Of a stretch of 64,000 nt of DNA, positions 7,334 to 18,481 are shown piece by piece. The stretch comes from Anaerolineae bacterium (GTDB taxonomy: Bacteria; Chloroflexota; Anaerolineae; B4-G1; DUEL01). The position numbers and the translations under genes are program-made. The stretch lies in assembly GCA_025060135.1 (NCBI GenBank), contig JANXCY010000012.1, positions 4,224-68,223 of the forward strand, written 5' to 3'. The notes under the pieces are model-generated. The model was given only the letters and a program-made list of their open reading frames with translations. It was not told the origin of the DNA and made no database searches. Each line of letters opens with the position of its first letter. The stretch's first letter is position 1.

Positions 7334-10300
7334 TTACCGGCGAGGGGCCGGAAGCCGGTACCATTCCTGGAGGCTCCGGACTTCCAGGGGATGCTGCCGG
7401 AGCGAACGGATAGCCTGAACCGCCGCGCTGGCCGCGGAGAGCGTCGTAGTGTAGGCCACCCCACAAGCCACCGCCGCCTTCCGGATGGCGCTCTCATCCG
7501 TATAGGCCCCCCGCCCCAGAGGAGTATTGATCACCAGGTCAATCAGGCCCTGCTCAATGTAATCCACCGCGTGGGGATGCCCCTCATAAACCTTGTTGAC
7601 CACTTCTACCTTCAAACCATGCCGCTGGAGATAAGCGGCCGTCCCACCCGTTGCCAGCAACCGGAAGCCCAACTCGGCCAGCCCCCGCGCGATAGGCACC
7701 AGGTTGGCCTTGTCGTTGTCGTTCACGCTGAGAAAGGCCGTCCCTTCTACCGGCAGCCGGTTCCCAGCCGCCATCTGCGCCTTCGCAAAGGCGAGCCCGA
7801 AATCATCGGCCATGCCCATCACTTCGCCGGTACTCTTCATCTCCGGGCTCAACAGGGCATCCACCTCCCGGAACTTAATGAAGGGAAGCACCACCTCTTT
7901 CACGAAGTACCCTTTGGGAACTGGCTCCCCGGTGAAACCCAGGTCCTCCAGCCGCTGGCCCATTATGACCTTCGTCGCCAGGCGGGCCAGAGGAACACCG
8001 ATGGCCTTGCTCACGTAGGGAACCGTCCGGGAGGCGCGGGGGTTCACTTCCAGGACGTACACGACGCCATCCTTCATCGCCATCTGGACGTTCATCAACC
8101 CGCGCACCTGCAGCGCTTCCGCCAGGCGATAGGTGTATTCCCGAATGGTCTGCAAGTGCTCCGGGGCGACCATGTAAGTGGGAATCACACAGGCCGAATC
8201 GCCGGAGTGAATCCCCGCCAGTTCGATCTGCTCCATAATGGCCCCGATGACGGCCCGCTCCCCATCCGCGATGCAATCCACATCCATCTCAAAGGCATCC
8301 TCCAGGAAGCGATCGATCAGCACCGGGGAGCGCGGGTCGATCTCTATGGCTTCCGCCACACACCGTTCCAGCGTGGCCTGGTCGTAGACAATGGCCATAG
8401 CCCGCCCGCCCAGGACGTAACTGGGCCGCACCAGCACCGGGTAGCCGATCCGGGCCGCGACCAGCCGGGCCTCCTTCACCGTCAGGGCGGTCCCGTGTTC
8501 CGGCTGGGGGATCTCCAGTTCCTTGAGAAGACGGCTGAACCGCTCCCGGTCCTCTGCCAGGTCAATGCTATCGGGGGGAGTCCCCAAAATCCGCACCCCG
8601 GCCCGGTGGAGGGGGAGCGTCAGTTTCAGCGGCGTCTGCCCCCCGAACTGGACAATCGCTCCCAGCAGATTCCCCCTTTGCTGCTCCGTCTCCACGATGT
8701 TGAGAACATCCTCCAACGTGAGCGGCTCAAAGTAGAGGCGGTCCGAGGTGTCGTAGTCGGTACTGACCGTCTCGGGATTGCAGTTGACCATGATGGCCTC
8801 TATGCCCATCTCCCGCAGGGCGAAGGCCGCGTGGCAGCAACAATAGTCAAACTCAATCCCCTGACCGATGCGGTTCGGCCCACTGCCCAGAATGATGACC
8901 TTGGGGCGGTCCGAGGGGTCGGCCTCGCATTCCGTCTCGTAGGTGGAATACAGATACGGAGTGTAGGCCTCAAACTCAGCCCCGCAGGTATCCACCCGCT
9001 TGTAGACCGGGCGAATCCCCAGAGCCAGCCGCCGCTGGCGGACCTGCCGCTCGCTGACGTCCCAGAAACGGGCCAATTGAGCGTCCGCAAAGCCCATCCG
9101 TTTGGCCTCCAGCAACTGTTCAGCGGAGACGGTATCCAGCCGGGTGGCCCGCAGCGCCTGCTCCATCGCCAGGATTTCGGCCATTTGCTGGAGAAACCAG
9201 GGGTCAACGGAGGTCAGAGCCGCCACCTCCTCCACGCTCATCCCCGTCCGGAGCGCGTAGTAGATATACAGCATGCGGTCCGGATTCGGCGTGATCAATC
9301 GCTGCCGCAATAGATGAGGGTTCACCCGTCGTTCATCTGCGACCAGGCCGATCAGGCCGCTTTCCAGGGAACGAAGCCCTTTCTGAAGGGCTTCTTTGAA
9401 GGTGCGTCCGATGGCCATCGCTTCGCCCACCGATTTCATCTGGGTGCCCAGCGTGTCGTCTACGCCCGGGAACTTCTCAAAGGCCCAGCGGGGGATTTTG
9501 ACCACCACGTAATCAATCGTCGGCTCAAAAGAGGCCATAGTCTCCCGGGTGATGTCGTTGGGGATTTCGTCCAGCGTGTATCCGACCGCGAGTTTGGCAG
9601 CGATTTTGGCGATGGGGAAGCCGGTGGCCTTGGAGGCCAGGGCAGAACTGCGGGAGACACGAGGGTTCATCTCAATGACCACCATCTGCCCGTTCCGGGG
9701 GTTGACGGCGAACTGGATGTTGGACCCTCCCGTCTCCACGCCGACCCGGCAGATGATGCGTCGGGCCCAGTCCCGCATCTGCTGGTACTCCTTATCCGTC
9801 AGGGTCTGGGCCGGGGCGACGGTGATGCTATCGCCCGTATGGACGCCCATCGGATCAAAGTTTTCAATGGGGCAGACCACGACGAAGTTGTCTTTGGCGT
9901 CCCGCATCACCTCCAGTTCGTACTCTTTCCAGCCCAGGACCGACTCTTCTATGAGCACCTGGTGCACCGGACTCTGGGAGAGCCCCCAGAGTACGGCGTC
10001 CCGGAACTCCTCCGGGGTCCAGGCGATACCTCCCCCGGTCCCTCCCAGCGTAAAGGAGGGACGAATAATCGCAGGGAGGCCGACTTCCTCCAGGACGCGC
10101 CAGGCTTCCTCCAGACTGGTAACCGTCGCGCTGCGAGGGGTGGGAAGGCCGATGTCGGTCATGGCGGCTTTGAAGAGTTCGCGGTCTTCGGCCACCCGAA
10201 TGGCTTCCGGACTGGCGCCAATCAGACGAACCCCGTATCGTTCCAAGACGCCTTTCTCGGCCAGGGTTACCGCCAGGTTCAGGCCCGTCTGTCCTCCGAC

Positions 10301-10567
10301 AGTGGGCAGAAGGGCATCGGGCCGCTCTTTGGCGATGATGCGCTCCACCACCTCCCATGTCAGCGGTTCAATATAGGTCCGGTCGGCAAACTCCGGGTCG
10401 GTCATAATGGTCGCCGGATTGGAGTTCACCAGGATGACGGTGTACCCTTCCGACCGGAGGGCCTTGCACGCCTGGGTGCCAGAATAGTCAAACTCGCAGG
10501 CTTGCCCGATGACAATCGGCCCGGAGCCGATGACCAGAATCCGGTGAATGTCTGTCCGCTTAGGCAT
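7334..10567 (-). CDS. carB: carbamoyl-phosphate synthase large subunit
   Basis: 1077 aa with two ATP-grasp halves. The N-terminus [38 protein letters not shown] is canonical. An MGS-like C-terminal domain is present. Confidence 0.97.
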   Translation of the reverse strand: MPKRTDIHRILVIGSGPIVIGQACEFDYSGTQACKALRSEGYTVILVNSNPATIMTDPEFADRTYIEPLTWEVVERIIAKERPDALLPTVGGQTGLNLAVTLAEKGVLERYGVRLIGASPEAIRVAEDRELFKAAMTDIGLPTPRSATVTSLEEAWRVLEEVGLPAIIRPSFTLGGTGGGIAWTPEEFRDAVLWGLSQSPVHQVLIEESVLGWKEYELEVMRDAKDNFVVVCPIENFDPMGVHTGDSITVAPAQTLTDKEYQQMRDWARRIICRVGVETGGSNIQFAVNPRNGQMVVIEMNPRVSRSSALASKATGFPIAKIAAKLAVGYTLDEIPNDITRETMASFEPTIDYVVVKIPRWAFEKFPGVDDTLGTQMKSVGEAMAIGRTFKEALQKGLRSLESGLIGLVADERRVNPHLLRQRLITPNPDRMLYIYYALRTGMSVEEVAALTSVDPWFLQQMAEILAMEQALRATRLDTVSAEQLLEAKRMGFADAQLARFWDVSERQVRQRRLALGIRPVYKRVDTCGAEFEAYTPYLYSTYETECEADPSDRPKVIILGSGPNRIGQGIEFDYCCCHAAFALREMGIEAIMVNCNPETVSTDYDTSDRLYFEPLTLEDVLNIVETEQQRGNLLGAIVQFGGQTPLKLTLPLHRAGVRILGTPPDSIDLAEDRERFSRLLKELEIPQPEHGTALTVKEARLVAARIGYPVLVRPSYVLGGRAMAIVYDQATLERCVAEAIEIDPRSPVLIDRFLEDAFEMDVDCIADGERAVIGAIMEQIELAGIHSGDSACVIPTYMVAPEHLQTIREYTYRLAEALQVRGLMNVQMAMKDGVVYVLEVNPRASRTVPYVSKAIGVPLARLATKVIMGQRLEDLGFTGEPVPKGYFVKEVVLPFIKFREVDALLSPEMKSTGEVMGMADDFGLAFAKAQMAAGNRLPVEGTAFLSVNDNDKANLVPIARGLAELGFRLLATGGTAAYLQRHGLKVEVVNKVYEGHPHAVDYIEQGLIDLVINTPLGRGAYTDESAIRKAAVACGVAYTTTLSAASAAVQAIRSLRQHPLEVRSLQEWYRLPAPRR

Positions 10568-11687
10568 GGCTCTTCTGCGCGTCCATTAAACGGGTGAATT
10601 CCTCAAAGAGGGCAACGGCATCGTGAGGGCCGGGCGACGCTTCGGGGTGGTACTGGACGCTGAACGCCGGAAGAGAGCGATGCCGTAGACCCTCTACAGT
10701 ACCATCATTGAGGTTGATATGGGTAACTTCCACATCGCCAGGCAGGGAATCGGGGTCCACCGCGAAGCCGTGATTCTGAGAGGTGATCTGGATTTTGCCG
10801 GTCGCCAGGTCTTTGACCGGCTGGTTGGCTCCCCGATGGCCGAACTTCAATTTGAACGTCTTTCCCCCGACGGCCAGACCCAGTAGTTGATGCCCCAGAC
10901 AGATGCCGAAGACCGGAACCCGTCCCAGGAGGTGGGCAACGTTCCGGATGGCATACGGGAGCGCCGCCGGGTCTCCCGGGCCGTTGGAAAGAAGAACACC
11001 GTCCGGATGCAGGGCCAGGACTTCCTCAGCGGGGGTCTCCGCCGGAACCACCAGGGCTCGGCAGCCAGCATCCACCAACAACCGGAGGATGTTCCGTTTG
11101 ACGCCGAAATCGTACACCACGACCCGATACCGGGGTTCATGCGGCGGTATCACGCGCCACTCTGGCGGCACGCCTTCGGTCCAGATATACCGCTCGGCGC
11201 AGGTTACTTCCCGTACCAGGTCCCGGCCCACCAGGCCCGGCGACGCGGCCGCTTTGCGGACCAGGCGCTCCTCATCCAGGTCCACGGTGGAGAGCACACC
11301 CTTCATAGCGCCGGCCAGCCGGATGTGGCGGGTAATCGCCCGGGTGTCCACTCCGGCAATGCCCACAATCCCATGCTCCTGGAGAAATGCTTCCAGGCTC
11401 TTCCGGGCACGCCAGTTGCTATATATGGGACTGAGTTCCCGAACCACGAAACCTTCTACCCACGGTCGCCAGGATTCCACGTCCGTCTCATTGACACCGT
11501 AGTTGCCAATATGGGGGTAGGTCATCACTACGATTTGTCCTTTGTAGGAGGGGTCGGTCAGGATTTCCTGGTAGCCGGTCATGCTGGTGTTAAACACCAC
11601 TTCACCAGCCACTTCGCCCCGGGCGCCAAACGCCCAGCCGTGAAAGACCCGACCGTCCTCCAATGCCAGAATGGCCCGATCGCGCAT
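10560..11687 (-). CDS. carA: carbamoyl-phosphate synthase small (glutaminase) subunit
   Basis: 375 aa. CarA N-domain plus a class-I glutamine amidotransferase with the catalytic Cys context GICLGHQLL. The stop overlaps the carB start by 8 nt. Confidence 0.95.
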   Translation of the reverse strand: MRDRAILALEDGRVFHGWAFGARGEVAGEVVFNTSMTGYQEILTDPSYKGQIVVMTYPHIGNYGVNETDVESWRPWVEGFVVRELSPIYSNWRARKSLEAFLQEHGIVGIAGVDTRAITRHIRLAGAMKGVLSTVDLDEERLVRKAAASPGLVGRDLVREVTCAERYIWTEGVPPEWRVIPPHEPRYRVVVYDFGVKRNILRLLVDAGCRALVVPAETPAEEVLALHPDGVLLSNGPGDPAALPYAIRNVAHLLGRVPVFGICLGHQLLGLAVGGKTFKLKFGHRGANQPVKDLATGKIQITSQNHGFAVDPDSLPGDVEVTHINLNDGTVEGLRHRSLPAFSVQYHPEASPGPHDAVALFEEFTRLMDAQKSHA

Positions 11688-11734
11688 GGGACCTCCTCAG
11701 CCAATGGATGTTGACGGTTTCGCTGCCATAACCC

Positions 11735-12739
11735 TTAATCCATGCACGCCACGATGGCCCGGGTGAACTCGCGGGTCGTGGCGGTGCCGCCCATGTCCGG
11801 GGTGAGGGCCTTGCCCTGGCGATAAGTTTCCAGGACCGCCTTTTCCACCCGGGCGGCCGCTTCGGTCTCTCCCAGGTAGGCCAGCATCATGGCGCCTGCC
11901 AGGATCAGCGCGGTGGGATTGGCGATGCCCTTCCCAGCGATGTCCGGCGCAGAGCCGTGGACCGCCTCAAAGACGGCGACCCCATCGCCAATATTGGCCG
12001 CCGGAGCCAGACCCAGCCCCCCCACCAGTCCCGCCGCCAGGTCCGAGACGATGTCGCCATAGAGGTTCGGACAGAGGAGCACATCGTGCCGCCCCGGGTC
12101 CAGCACCAGGTCCAGGCACAGGGCATCCACAATGCGCTCGCTATATTTCAAGTGCGGGTATTGGCCCGCCACTTCGCGGGCACACTGGAGAAACAGCCCG
12201 TCGCTCATCTTCAGGATGTTGGCTTTGTGGACGGCGGTTACCTGGCGGCGATGATGGCGGGTCGCGTAATCAAATGCGAACCGGGCAATCCGCTGGCTGG
12301 CCTGGCGGGTGATGCGCTTCACCGCGATCACCGTGTCGTCATCTATCCAGTGCTCCACGCCCGCGTAGAGGTCTTCCGTATTCTCCCGGATGATCACCAG
12401 GTCTACGGCGGGGTAGCGGGCCGGGACCCCGGGAATGCTCCGCACCGGACGCAGATTGGCGTAGAGGTCCAGCCGTTGCCGGAGCGCAACGGTAGCACTG
12501 GCGAAACCGCTCCCGACCGGTGTGGTGATGGGGCCTTTCAGCGCCACCCCGCAGCGGCGAATCTCCTCCACCGCTTCATCCGGTAGAGGGGTGCCGGTCA
12601 TTTCCATCGCGGCGATGCCCACCTCAAAGGGTTTCCATTCAATCTCCACTCCCGTGGCCGCCAGCACTGTCCGGGTGGCGTCCACGATTTCCGGCCCGAT
12701 GCCATCGCCGGGAAGGACGACTACGGTGTATCCGGCCAT
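11735..12739 (-). CDS. beta-decarboxylating dehydrogenase of the isocitrate/3-isopropylmalate/homoisocitrate family
   Basis: 334 aa with the family signature [27 protein letters not shown]. The NLYGDI variant is more typical of HICDH/NAD-IDH than of classical LeuB NLFGDI. It lies downstream of leuCD-type genes. Confidence 0.85.
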   Translation of the reverse strand: MAGYTVVVLPGDGIGPEIVDATRTVLAATGVEIEWKPFEVGIAAMEMTGTPLPDEAVEEIRRCGVALKGPITTPVGSGFASATVALRQRLDLYANLRPVRSIPGVPARYPAVDLVIIRENTEDLYAGVEHWIDDDTVIAVKRITRQASQRIARFAFDYATRHHRRQVTAVHKANILKMSDGLFLQCAREVAGQYPHLKYSERIVDALCLDLVLDPGRHDVLLCPNLYGDIVSDLAAGLVGGLGLAPAANIGDGVAVFEAVHGSAPDIAGKGIANPTALILAGAMMLAYLGETEAAARVEKAVLETYRQGKALTPDMGGTATTREFTRAIVACMD

Positions 12740-13236
12740 CGGAACCCTCCGTACCGCAGGACATGGGGAACCAATCCGCCGCTCTCCAGAATGGCCCGCA
12801 TCACCGGGGGGAGGGGACGGAAGGTCCGCTCCAGGTTGCGGGTGAGGTTGCGCACCCGGCCTTCTACCAGGTCCACCTCAATCTCATCTCCGGTCTCAAA
12901 GCCCCCGGTATCGCAAATGATGGGCATCAGACCCACGTTGACCGCATTTCGGAAGAAGATGCGAGCGAAGGAGGAGGCGATGACAGCGGCAATCCCCCGT
13001 TCCTTCAGGACCAGGGCGGCGTGTTCCCGGGAAGAACCCTGTCCGAAATTTTTTCCTGCGACCACGAAGTCGCCCGGCTGAGCGCTACGGGCAAACTCCG
13101 GATCGGCATCCTCCAGGGCATGTTCCGCTAAGGCCTGGAGATTCCCCCGCAGATGGTAATACCGGCCGGGGATGATGTGATCGGTGCTGATGCCGTCGCC
13201 GAATCGCCAGATCTTGCCTCGAAGGATTCTCTCCAT
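12721..13236 (-). CDS. leuD: 3-isopropylmalate/homoaconitate dehydratase small subunit (short archaeal-type LeuD/LysU)
   Basis: 171 aa aconitase swivel domain (GSSREHA, GDNIDTD-like DHIIPGRYY region). Placed 12 nt after leuC. Confidence 0.85.
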   Translation of the reverse strand: MERILRGKIWRFGDGISTDHIIPGRYYHLRGNLQALAEHALEDADPEFARSAQPGDFVVAGKNFGQGSSREHAALVLKERGIAAVIASSFARIFFRNAVNVGLMPIICDTGGFETGDEIEVDLVEGRVRNLTRNLERTFRPLPPVMRAILESGGLVPHVLRYGGFRWPDTP

Positions 13237-13248
13237 AGGTCTGCTCCT

Positions 13249-14496
13249 CTACAGGAATTCTCTCGGATCAGTAATCCGACCCCGGACCGCCGTAGCGGCC
13301 GCCGTGGCGGGCGAGGCCAGGTAAATTTCCGCCTCAGGGTTGCCCATCCGTCCCTGAAAGTTCCGGTTCTGGGTGGAAAGACAGCGCTCTCCATCTGCCA
13401 GGATGCCCTGGTGGACTCCAACACAGGCCCCGCATCCGGGGGGCAGGATGAGCCCACCGGCTTCTATAAAGATTTGGAGCCATCCTTCCTGAAGCGCGGC
13501 CAGATAGACCTCTCGGGACGCCGGGCAGACCAGGAGACGAACGCCGGGGTGGACCTGGCGTCCCCGCAAAATATGGGCGGCCATTCGAAGGTCCGAAAGC
13601 CGCCCATTGGTGCAAGTGCCAATAAAGACCTGGTCTATCGGCACATCTCCCGCTTCCTCCACGGGCCGAACGTTGTCCACAAAATGGGGGAAGGCGACCT
13701 GGGGAGAAAGGGAGGGGGCATGCAGTTCCACCCGGCGTTCGTAGACCGCATCCGGGTCAGGGGCCAGAGGTAGATAATCCTCCGCCCGTCCGCGCTCGGC
13801 CAAGAACTGACGGGTCTGCTCATCGGAAGCGCAGAGGCCTGTTTTGGCTCCTGCTTCTACCGCCATATTGCAGAGAGTCATCCGCTCCTCCACGCTCATG
13901 GCCGCGACGGTGGAGCCGCCGAACTCCAGGGCCTGATAGTTGGCACCGTCTGCGCCCAAGAGCCCAATCACGTGGAGAATCACGTCCTTCGCCATCACCA
14001 TGGGAGGGAGGGGCCCCTCCACTTCCACCCGAATGGTGGGGGGAATCCGCAGCCACGTCTCCCCCAGCGCCATGGCCACGGCAATATCGGTGGAGCCCAT
14101 GCCGGTGGCAAAGGCAGCCAGGGCCCCGGCGGTGCAAGTGTGGGAATCCGCACCCAGGATAATCTGGCCGGGTCGGGCCCACTGCTCGGCCACGATCTGG
14201 TGGCAGATGCCCTCGCCAGGCGGATAGAAGCGGGCTCCGCCTTCCTCGGCAAAGGTACGGAGCCGTTTCTGGACGTTGGCGAGTTCCCGGCGGGGTGCCG
14301 GTGCGGCGTGGTCGGAGAAGAAGAGGGTCTGCGTCGCCGGACGGGTTCTTTCCAGCGCGCTGAACCGGTCCAGAGCCAGGGGACCAGTCCCTTCGTGGGC
14401 CAGCAACAGGTCCACCGGAACCACCACGATGTCCTCTGCCCGGACCGTTTCCCCGAGGCGCCGGGAGATGATTTTCTCGGCTAGTGTAAGTCCCAT
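13249..14496 (-). CDS. leuC: 3-isopropylmalate/homoaconitate dehydratase large subunit (archaeal-type LeuC/LysT)
   Basis: 415 aa aconitase family. Fe-S ligand cysteines are in GTCTNGR and PGCGACVG contexts, and substrate-binding GADSHT is present. Confidence 0.9.
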   Translation of the reverse strand: MGLTLAEKIISRRLGETVRAEDIVVVPVDLLLAHEGTGPLALDRFSALERTRPATQTLFFSDHAAPAPRRELANVQKRLRTFAEEGGARFYPPGEGICHQIVAEQWARPGQIILGADSHTCTAGALAAFATGMGSTDIAVAMALGETWLRIPPTIRVEVEGPLPPMVMAKDVILHVIGLLGADGANYQALEFGGSTVAAMSVEERMTLCNMAVEAGAKTGLCASDEQTRQFLAERGRAEDYLPLAPDPDAVYERRVELHAPSLSPQVAFPHFVDNVRPVEEAGDVPIDQVFIGTCTNGRLSDLRMAAHILRGRQVHPGVRLLVCPASREVYLAALQEGWLQIFIEAGGLILPPGCGACVGVHQGILADGERCLSTQNRNFQGRMGNPEAEIYLASPATAAATAVRGRITDPREFL

Positions 14497-14530
14497 AGGG
14501 CAATCTCCTCCAGGATGAGATAGATGAAAG

Positions 14531-15682
14531 TCAGGTGAGCCGATGGTTGACCAGTTCGTGGTACAGCAGCATCAGTTCTTTATCAAAGAGCGGTCGTTTT
14601 AATTCCACGGCCGCCGCTCGCACCCGCTCCAGCAGGCGGCTGGCGGTGGCGCCATCCAGTTGAATGCCGAATTCGGTGTGGAACTTGTGGATCAGCGCGT
14701 GGGTTCCGGAGTGTTTCCCGATGACGATCTGCCGCTCCAGGTTGACCTCCTCGGGGCTGAACGCCTCGTAGGTGTGGGGGTGCTTGAGGATACCGTCGGC
14801 GTGGATCCCCGACTCGTGGGCGAAGATGGAACTCCCAATGATGGCTTTCCAGATGGGGATAGCCCGGCGGCTGGCTTCGGCGATGTACTCGGCCGCTTCC
14901 CGGAAGCGCGTGGTATCCACACCCAGGTCCACGCCATAGAGGTGTTTCAGCGCCATCACTACTTCCTCCAGCGGGGAGTTGCCGGTCCGCTCCCCCAGGC
15001 CCCCCAGAGAAGCAGCAACCGCCCGCGCGCCGGCCCGGAGGCCCATCAACACGTTGGCGGTCGCCATCCCGAACTCGTTGTGCATGTGCAACTGGATGGG
15101 GATGGAGACGGCCTGGCAAATATGCCGGATGTGCCGATACGTGGTGAAAGGGTCATTGACGCCCAGAGAATCACAATACCGGACCATCCGGGCACCCAGA
15201 GCCTCGGCCCGGCGGTAATACTCGATGAGGAAATTCATATCGGAGCGGGATGCGTCCTCTGCACTGACGATGAAGGAAAGGGACCTCTGTCGGGCCGCTT
15301 CGGCCGCTTCCTCCATGCGCTCCAGCACCCAGGAGCGGGTAGTGCGGAACTTGCGTTCAATGTGGATGTCGGAGGTGGAGATGGAGATCACCACCCCGTG
15401 GACCCCGCACTCCGCCGCGTCCATAATGTCGTCTCGGCGTGCTCGGGCAAAGGCGTAGACTTCCAGGGGTTGCTGGGATTCCCCTACCTGGAGGCCGGCT
15501 TCTACAATCGCCCGAATCGCCTCTTTCTCTTCCGGCCCCAGCGCTGGGAAACCCGCCTCCAGCGCGGGGATTCCCATATGAGCCAGATGGGAAGCGATCT
15601 GGATCTTCTCCCAGCGGGAGAAAATCACCCCCACCGCCTGTTCTCCGTCCCGCAGCGTGATATCCATCAGATGGATGTCCAT
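14531..15682 (-). CDS. short-form 2-oxoacid:acetyl-CoA condensing enzyme (NifV/CimA/LeuA catalytic-domain family, no LeuA regulatory domain)
   Basis: DRE-TIM metallolyase motifs LRDGEQ and HxH (HMHNEFG). Start corrected to the ATG of MDIHLMDITLRDGEQ, with an AGGAGG RBS 6 nt upstream. The ORF-track GTG start at 15700 would place codons over that RBS. Confidence 0.85.
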   Translation of the reverse strand: MDIHLMDITLRDGEQAVGVIFSRWEKIQIASHLAHMGIPALEAGFPALGPEEKEAIRAIVEAGLQVGESQQPLEVYAFARARRDDIMDAAECGVHGVVISISTSDIHIERKFRTTRSWVLERMEEAAEAARQRSLSFIVSAEDASRSDMNFLIEYYRRAEALGARMVRYCDSLGVNDPFTTYRHIRHICQAVSIPIQLHMHNEFGMATANVLMGLRAGARAVAASLGGLGERTGNSPLEEVVMALKHLYGVDLGVDTTRFREAAEYIAEASRRAIPIWKAIIGSSIFAHESGIHADGILKHPHTYEAFSPEEVNLERQIVIGKHSGTHALIHKFHTEFGIQLDGATASRLLERVRAAAVELKRPLFDKELMLLYHELVNHRLT

Positions 15683-15715
15683 GAGAATCCTCCTGGGCAC
15701 ATTGAACCCAAAGGG

Positions 15716-16894
15716 TTATTGCCTGGCCAGCATGCGATACTCTTCCACCACCTCCCGATCAAACAGCGACCGTTTCAGAGCAATGGCGCGGGACCGCAGG
15801 ATCGGTACCAGTCGTTGCAATTCCTCCTGGGTAGGATGGTAGCCATACTCCCGGAGTTTCTGGGCCACGACCGAGGGCCCGGAATATTTTCCCACGTTGA
15901 ACCGGCGGGAGAGTCCAACCTCTCCTGGGAGAAAGATTTCGTAGGTCGCCGGATCGCGTACCACACCGCTGGCCCGGCCTTCCGATTCGTAGATAAAGAG
16001 GTTGCTACCGACCACCGGCTTGGAAGGTGGAAGGGGCCTCCCGGAGGCCAGCGCGACATATTCCGAAAGTTCCCGCAGCAGGGAGGTCCGGAGCCCCAGG
16101 TTCACGCCTTCGCAGTACCGGAGGGCCATCACCAGTTCCTCCAGCGAAGCATTTCCAGCCCGTTCCCCCAGCCCGTTCACAGTCGTGTTCACGTAGGTGG
16201 CGCCGGCCTTCAGGCCCGCCAGTGCATTAGCCACTGCCATTCCGAAGTCGTTGTGAGTATGCATCTCAATCGGGATGCTGGCTTCGTCAACCAGAAATTT
16301 CACCCGCTTGTACGTCTCAAAGGGGTCCAGAACCCCCACCGTGTCGCAGTACCGGAGCCGGTCGGCTCCCGCTTCTCGGGCCGTACGGGCGAACTCCACC
16401 AGGAACTCCGGGTCGGCCCGGGAGGCATCCTCCGCGTTCACAGAGACGTAGAGGTTGTGGCTCTTGGCGAACTCCGTGGCCCGTTTCACCGCGTCCAGCA
16501 CCTGCTGTCGGGTGGAGCGCAATTTGTGCTGGATGTGGATGTCAGAGGCGGAGATGGAAAGAGCCACTGCATCTACTCCGCAGTCCAGGGAGTGGCGGAT
16601 GTCATCCACGACAGCCCGATTCCAGGCCAGGATACTGGTGGGAAGTTCCAGCCGGACGATGGCTTTGATGGCTTCTTTTTCATCTCCGCCCATGGCGGGA
16701 ATGCCCACCTCAATCTGGTGAACCCCCAGCAGGGCCAGCAGCCGGGCGATATGGACCTTCTCTTCGTTGGCGAAAACCACTCCGGCCGTCTGTTCCCCAT
16801 CCCGCAACGTAGTATCATCTATGTAGACCGGGTGCTGGATGGGAGAATGGAGCATTTCTTCTGGAGAATGTTCGTCTAATGGAAACGGGATCAT
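15716..16894 (-). CDS. second short-form 2-oxoacid:acetyl-CoA condensing enzyme (NifV/CimA/LeuA-like paralog)
   Basis: LRDGEQ and HTHNDFGMAVAN motifs. Start corrected to the ATG of MIPFPLDEH, with an AGGAGG RBS 6 nt upstream. It is a paralog of the adjacent gene. Confidence 0.85.
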   Translation of the reverse strand: MIPFPLDEHSPEEMLHSPIQHPVYIDDTTLRDGEQTAGVVFANEEKVHIARLLALLGVHQIEVGIPAMGGDEKEAIKAIVRLELPTSILAWNRAVVDDIRHSLDCGVDAVALSISASDIHIQHKLRSTRQQVLDAVKRATEFAKSHNLYVSVNAEDASRADPEFLVEFARTAREAGADRLRYCDTVGVLDPFETYKRVKFLVDEASIPIEMHTHNDFGMAVANALAGLKAGATYVNTTVNGLGERAGNASLEELVMALRYCEGVNLGLRTSLLRELSEYVALASGRPLPPSKPVVGSNLFIYESEGRASGVVRDPATYEIFLPGEVGLSRRFNVGKYSGPSVVAQKLREYGYHPTQEELQRLVPILRSRAIALKRSLFDREVVEEYRMLARQ

Positions 16895-16965
16895 CGTTGG
16901 CCTCCTGATGATAACCCTGCCCGGGCCGTATGGGCGGATCACGTCAGGCACCCGGTTGGGTCCGT

Positions 16966-18426
16966 TTAACCGAGAAAGCGTCGGAGAATGGCCGCGCGGG
17001 TGATCAGGTCGGTCAGTTGCATCACGTGATTCTGTTCCAGCGAACGGCGAATCCGGCGCACCAGTTCCAGATGCTCGGGGTGGGGCGAGAAAGAGAAACC
17101 GGCCTGTTCCAGCGCGGTGCGCAGGGACCGGGTCATAAAGGGCCCTTCCAGGTCGGTGAAGCCCAGCGCGGCGCGGATTTCTGCCCGGAAAGAAGGGTAG
17201 ACTTCGTCCAGAAAGGCCAAGTCGTCCGCGGTTAGAGCGTCAAAGGCGATCAGTTCCGGGGGCAGGCCCAGCGAGTACAGGGCACAGACAAAGGAAATGG
17301 CGCGCGGCAGCGTGATGCCGTTCATCTCGCGGGCGTAGCCAAACAGTCCGACATGCAATTTCCGCGTCCGACGAGGCGGCACGTATTGGGCCACATGATT
17401 AATATACGGAGCCAGTTCCGCGATTTGCTGCCGATAGGCCAGGCTATACCGCTCAATAATCGCCAGGGCGCGCTCGGTATCCACAGGCATGGCCTGGCCG
17501 ATTTCCCGGGTCCGGAGGTACTCACAGGCAGCCCGGACCTCCGGGACAGGATAATCATACTTAAAGGCGGACTGGATGGTAAAGGTAACCACACTCGGAT
17601 ATTCCTTCCCGACCCGTTCCACCGTGGGCGGCGACAAGCCCCCCCGGAATGGTGCCGCGCCCAGTCCGATGATCGGGTAGAAGCGTACACCGATGGATGC
17701 GGACAACTCGTCCAACCGGGCCAGCGCGATCTTATTCGCCAGTGCCGCTGCCACCAGTCCGTAGTTCATAGCGGTATCTGAGCGGGCCAGGAAGACCCGT
17801 TGTTCGCGGATCGGTTTATCGGCCAGATATTCTCTCATAATGTCGGCGGATCGCAGCAACGTGGGCACATCTTCAAATAGAGGGATCACCCCGATAGACG
17901 GGGGGGAGAATTCCCCAATCCATTCGGCAATGGTAATATCATCGTCCCGAAGACGAAGGTGCTGCCGTCCCACAATGTGGTTCATGTAGTAACGATACAC
18001 CCGGTCAATGCACCGGGCCGAGACCGTCATCGGGAGAATGACTTCAAAGATAGGGGCGACTCGGTCCTTGTAGAACAGTGAAGCCACATCGTAGGAACGA
18101 GGGATACTCTCCAGGGTCTCCAGGAGAATCTTGGCTTCCGCTTTCTCGACCAGCGGGTTCGGGACTCGCAGCGTGAGGCGTACATCCTGGCCCAGTACGT
18201 GGTCCTGAAAATACTCCGGATAGAACGAGAGGAGTTTCTTGACCACATATACATCAATTTCCTTGCCCTCCACATCCCACATCTGTTCATCGCATCCCAG
18301 ATGGGAGTAAGCATAGTACGCCTCGCGGACCTCGTCCTCTCCGGCCAGCACACTGGCGGTGGCAAAGAATGGTACCGTCGCGTTGTCAGGATGCTGAGTG
18401 CTCATACAGCGTGGGATAATGGACAT
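16966..18426 (-). CDS. archaeal-type phosphoenolpyruvate carboxylase (PepcA family)
   Basis: Start corrected to MSIIPRCMSTQHPDN, the hallmark N-terminus of archaeal-type PEPC, with a GAGGAG RBS 8 nt upstream. About 487 aa is typical for this family, against more than 880 aa for bacterial Ppc. Confidence 0.75.
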   Translation of the reverse strand: MSIIPRCMSTQHPDNATVPFFATASVLAGEDEVREAYYAYSHLGCDEQMWDVEGKEIDVYVVKKLLSFYPEYFQDHVLGQDVRLTLRVPNPLVEKAEAKILLETLESIPRSYDVASLFYKDRVAPIFEVILPMTVSARCIDRVYRYYMNHIVGRQHLRLRDDDITIAEWIGEFSPPSIGVIPLFEDVPTLLRSADIMREYLADKPIREQRVFLARSDTAMNYGLVAAALANKIALARLDELSASIGVRFYPIIGLGAAPFRGGLSPPTVERVGKEYPSVVTFTIQSAFKYDYPVPEVRAACEYLRTREIGQAMPVDTERALAIIERYSLAYRQQIAELAPYINHVAQYVPPRRTRKLHVGLFGYAREMNGITLPRAISFVCALYSLGLPPELIAFDALTADDLAFLDEVYPSFRAEIRAALGFTDLEGPFMTRSLRTALEQAGFSFSPHPEHLELVRRIRRSLEQNHVMQLTDLITRAAILRRFLG

Positions 18427-18481
18427 ATCCAGGCTCCTCTCTAACGGCTTTCGGTGGCATCCTGGCTCCCGGTGCACCGGA

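Noticed and set aside
7250-9313. 687-aa plus-strand ORF inside carB
   Set aside because: It is antisense to the unambiguous carbamoyl-phosphate synthase large subunit and has His/Arg/Gly/Pro-rich composition with no motifs. Several shorter antisense ORFs within carB (7704-8018, 7875-8276, 9549-10376) fall in the same category.
14660-16879. 739-aa plus-strand ORF
   Set aside because: It is antisense to the two tandem NifV/CimA-like synthase genes. No domain signal. High-GC artefact.
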